Positions 30,797-32,000 of a stretch of 32,000 nucleotides of DNA are shown piece after piece. The stretch's first letter is position 1. The number at the start of each line of letters is the position of its first letter. The notes below the pieces were generated by a model. The model made no database searches. It was not told the DNA's origin and saw only the letters and a program-made list of their open reading frames with translations. The DNA comes from an uncultured Nitrosopumilales archaeon (GTDB taxonomy: Archaea; Thermoproteota; Nitrososphaeria; Nitrososphaerales; Gagatemarchaeaceae), in NCBI GenBank assembly GCA_964513805.1, contig CAZENV010000054.1:1-32000 (forward strand), read 5' to 3'. The translations under genes and the position numbers were made by a program.

Positions 30797-31918
30797 ATGT
30801 TTTTACCAGAAAGAGGCGGGGCGAAAACCCGGGCCGTGCACTATTTCATAATACTGACAAAGGAGTGCAACCTCCTCTGCACCTACTGCGGAGGAGGCAG
30901 CGACGCTCCGCCCAGAGAGGTCGGATACCCGATCGCCGTCCTCCAGTCTTTCCTGTCCAGGGACGCGGATCCGGTGGTCGAGTTCTACGGCGGCGAGCCT
31001 CTGCTCCGCATCGACACCATGAAGAGCATCATGGACGCGATTCCCGCGCGGTTCGTCGTTCAGACCAACGGCGTATTCCTGGACAGGATAGAGCCCCGGT
31101 ACCTGGCGAGGTTTCACTCCGTCCTCGTCTCCATAGACGGTCCCCAGAGAGTCACCGACAAGGCGAGGGGCAAGGGAGTGTATGAGCGAGTGATGGGCAA
31201 CCTTGAACTCGTGAGGCGAAGGGGCTTCCGCGGCGACCTCGTGGCCAGGATGACCGTCGCCCAGGGCACCAGCGTCTACGAGAACGTGCGGCACCTGCTG
31301 GGAACGGGACTGTTCGACCACGTCCACTGGCAGCTCGATTTCGGCATGTTCTGGGAAGCAGGGCAAGACACTGAGCCCGGCATTGTGGAGTGGCTCGACG
31401 CCTACAATTCGGACGTTTCCTCGCTCGTGCGTCTGTGGGTGGATGAGATGTCTCGGTCTGGGCGCGTCTTGGGAATGGTCCCGTTCGTCGGTGTGATGGA
31501 CTCCCTGCTCTCAGGGAAGAAGTCACGTCTGCGGTGCGGCTCCGGAGTCGACTTCTTTGCCGTCGTGCCGGACGGCAGGGTCTCCGCTTGCCCTGTATCC
31601 GTCGACTTCGACTTTTCCACGGTGGGCTCGATCTTCGACTGCGACCCGAAGTCGCTCTGCGGCAAGGCCACGCTGGGCGAACCGTGCGCATCCTGCGACA
31701 TTCTCGATGTATGCGGTGGCCGATGCCTCTTCGTGAACAGGTCCCAGGGGTTGCTCCGGGAGAACGGCTACTCCTACATCTGCTCGACCGTGAGGCATCT
31801 GGTGGAGGAAATGCAGTCCGCCCTGCCCCGGGTCCAGGCGCTCATCGACGGAGGGTCCTTGAGCCTGTCGGACTTTCGCTACCCGGAACTCAACAACGGT
31901 TGCGAGATCATCCCGTGA
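30797..31918 (+). CDS. Radical SAM enzyme with a C-terminal SPASM domain (peptide/protein-maturase-like)
   Basis: CNLLCTYC (CxxxCxxC, 30866-30889) is preceded by HYFIILTKE. GGEPLL is present. The C-terminus CGSGVDFFAVVPDGRVSACP...CGKATLGEPCASCDILDVCGGRCLF contains the SPASM Cx2Cx5Cx3C signature. Confidence 0.85.
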   Translation: MFLPERGGAKTRAVHYFIILTKECNLLCTYCGGGSDAPPREVGYPIAVLQSFLSRDADPVVEFYGGEPLLRIDTMKSIMDAIPARFVVQTNGVFLDRIEPRYLARFHSVLVSIDGPQRVTDKARGKGVYERVMGNLELVRRRGFRGDLVARMTVAQGTSVYENVRHLLGTGLFDHVHWQLDFGMFWEAGQDTEPGIVEWLDAYNSDVSSLVRLWVDEMSRSGRVLGMVPFVGVMDSLLSGKKSRLRCGSGVDFFAVVPDGRVSACPVSVDFDFSTVGSIFDCDPKSLCGKATLGEPCASCDILDVCGGRCLFVNRSQGLLRENGYSYICSTVRHLVEEMQSALPRVQALIDGGSLSLSDFRYPELNNGCEIIP

Positions 31919-32000
31919 CAGTGGACGGCGCAAGCGCAGCCCAGGGTGAAGCAGAGGCCGCGGGCCGATGGACGCGATCCAGCCCGATTACCTGAACGGC

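Noticed and set aside
31915-31995. The 26-codon ORF after the rSAM/SPASM gene, considered as a definite RiPP precursor feature.
   Set aside because: It is kept only as a hypothesis in the findings. It is GC-rich and Ala/Gly-rich, has no Cys or other obvious crosslink residues, overlaps a competing ATG-initiated ORF (31968), and a chance ORF of this length is likely at this GC content.
1-32000. TAG (amber) recoding / pyrrolysine, considered because kdpA and queD both end in TAG just before the 'start-less' genes.
   Set aside because: TAG is the commonest stop in the window (pstS, pstC, pstA, phoU, nadK, kdpA, kdpB, kdpC, bcp, dsrE-like, SQR-like and others). The downstream genes are also in different frames from the upstream ones, so read-through cannot explain them.
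1-32000. CRISPR arrays, rRNA genes, IS elements, prophage or defence-system genes.
   Set aside because: Reading through the window, I saw no regularly spaced direct repeats, no rRNA-like sequence, and no transposase, integrase, Cas or nuclease-helicase signatures. Repeat detection by eye is incomplete, and a dot-plot or k-mer scan would be needed to be sure.

Overview
GC-rich archaeal chromosomal segment, about 42 genes, densely packed, with no rRNA, CRISPR array, transposase or integrase that I could recognise. GC content and all similarity statements are judged by eye; no computation or database search was run.

Archaeal hallmarks read directly from the sequence:
- An intron-containing tRNA with a canonical bulge-helix-bulge splice motif.
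- TATA-like boxes 26-30 nt upstream of many start codons, implying leaderless mRNAs.
- TrmB, AbrB-PhoU and stand-alone RAM-domain regulators.
- A Tes/MJ0619-like radical-SAM N-terminus at the left edge.

Gene content, left to right:
1. A CBS-domain gene.
2. A tightly coupled cluster of TrmB-type regulators, zinc-ribbon proteins and small hypotheticals (1774-4525).
3. DUF309, bcp and a metallophosphoesterase.
4. A decayed acetyltransferase-like remnant.
5. tRNA-Gly(CCC).
6. A 7-deazaguanine (preQ0/archaeosine) precursor cluster, queD-queC-folE2.
7. A methyltransferase, DUF72 and NAD kinase.
8. A complete pstSCAB-phoU phosphate transporter, divergent from an AbrB-PhoU regulator.
9. kdpABC flanked by a RAM-domain gene and a small wHTH gene.
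10. Two SRPBCC genes.
11. A dsrE-tusA-SQR-like-arsR sulfur-trafficking operon.
12. A ClC channel with CBS domains and an NhaP-type antiporter.
13. A radical-SAM/SPASM enzyme at the right edge.

Most notable observations:
- Two well-conserved enzymes (KdpB, QueC) carry clearly homologous N-terminal coding sequence upstream of any ATG/GTG/TTG.
- QueD carries a roughly 140-aa extra N-terminal domain.
- The compact DsrE/TusA/SQR-like/ArsR module has a repeat-bearing promoter.
- The rSAM/SPASM maturase-like gene has its neighbourhood cut by the window end.

I did not find a clear novel multi-gene system. The candidates above are reported with that caveat.
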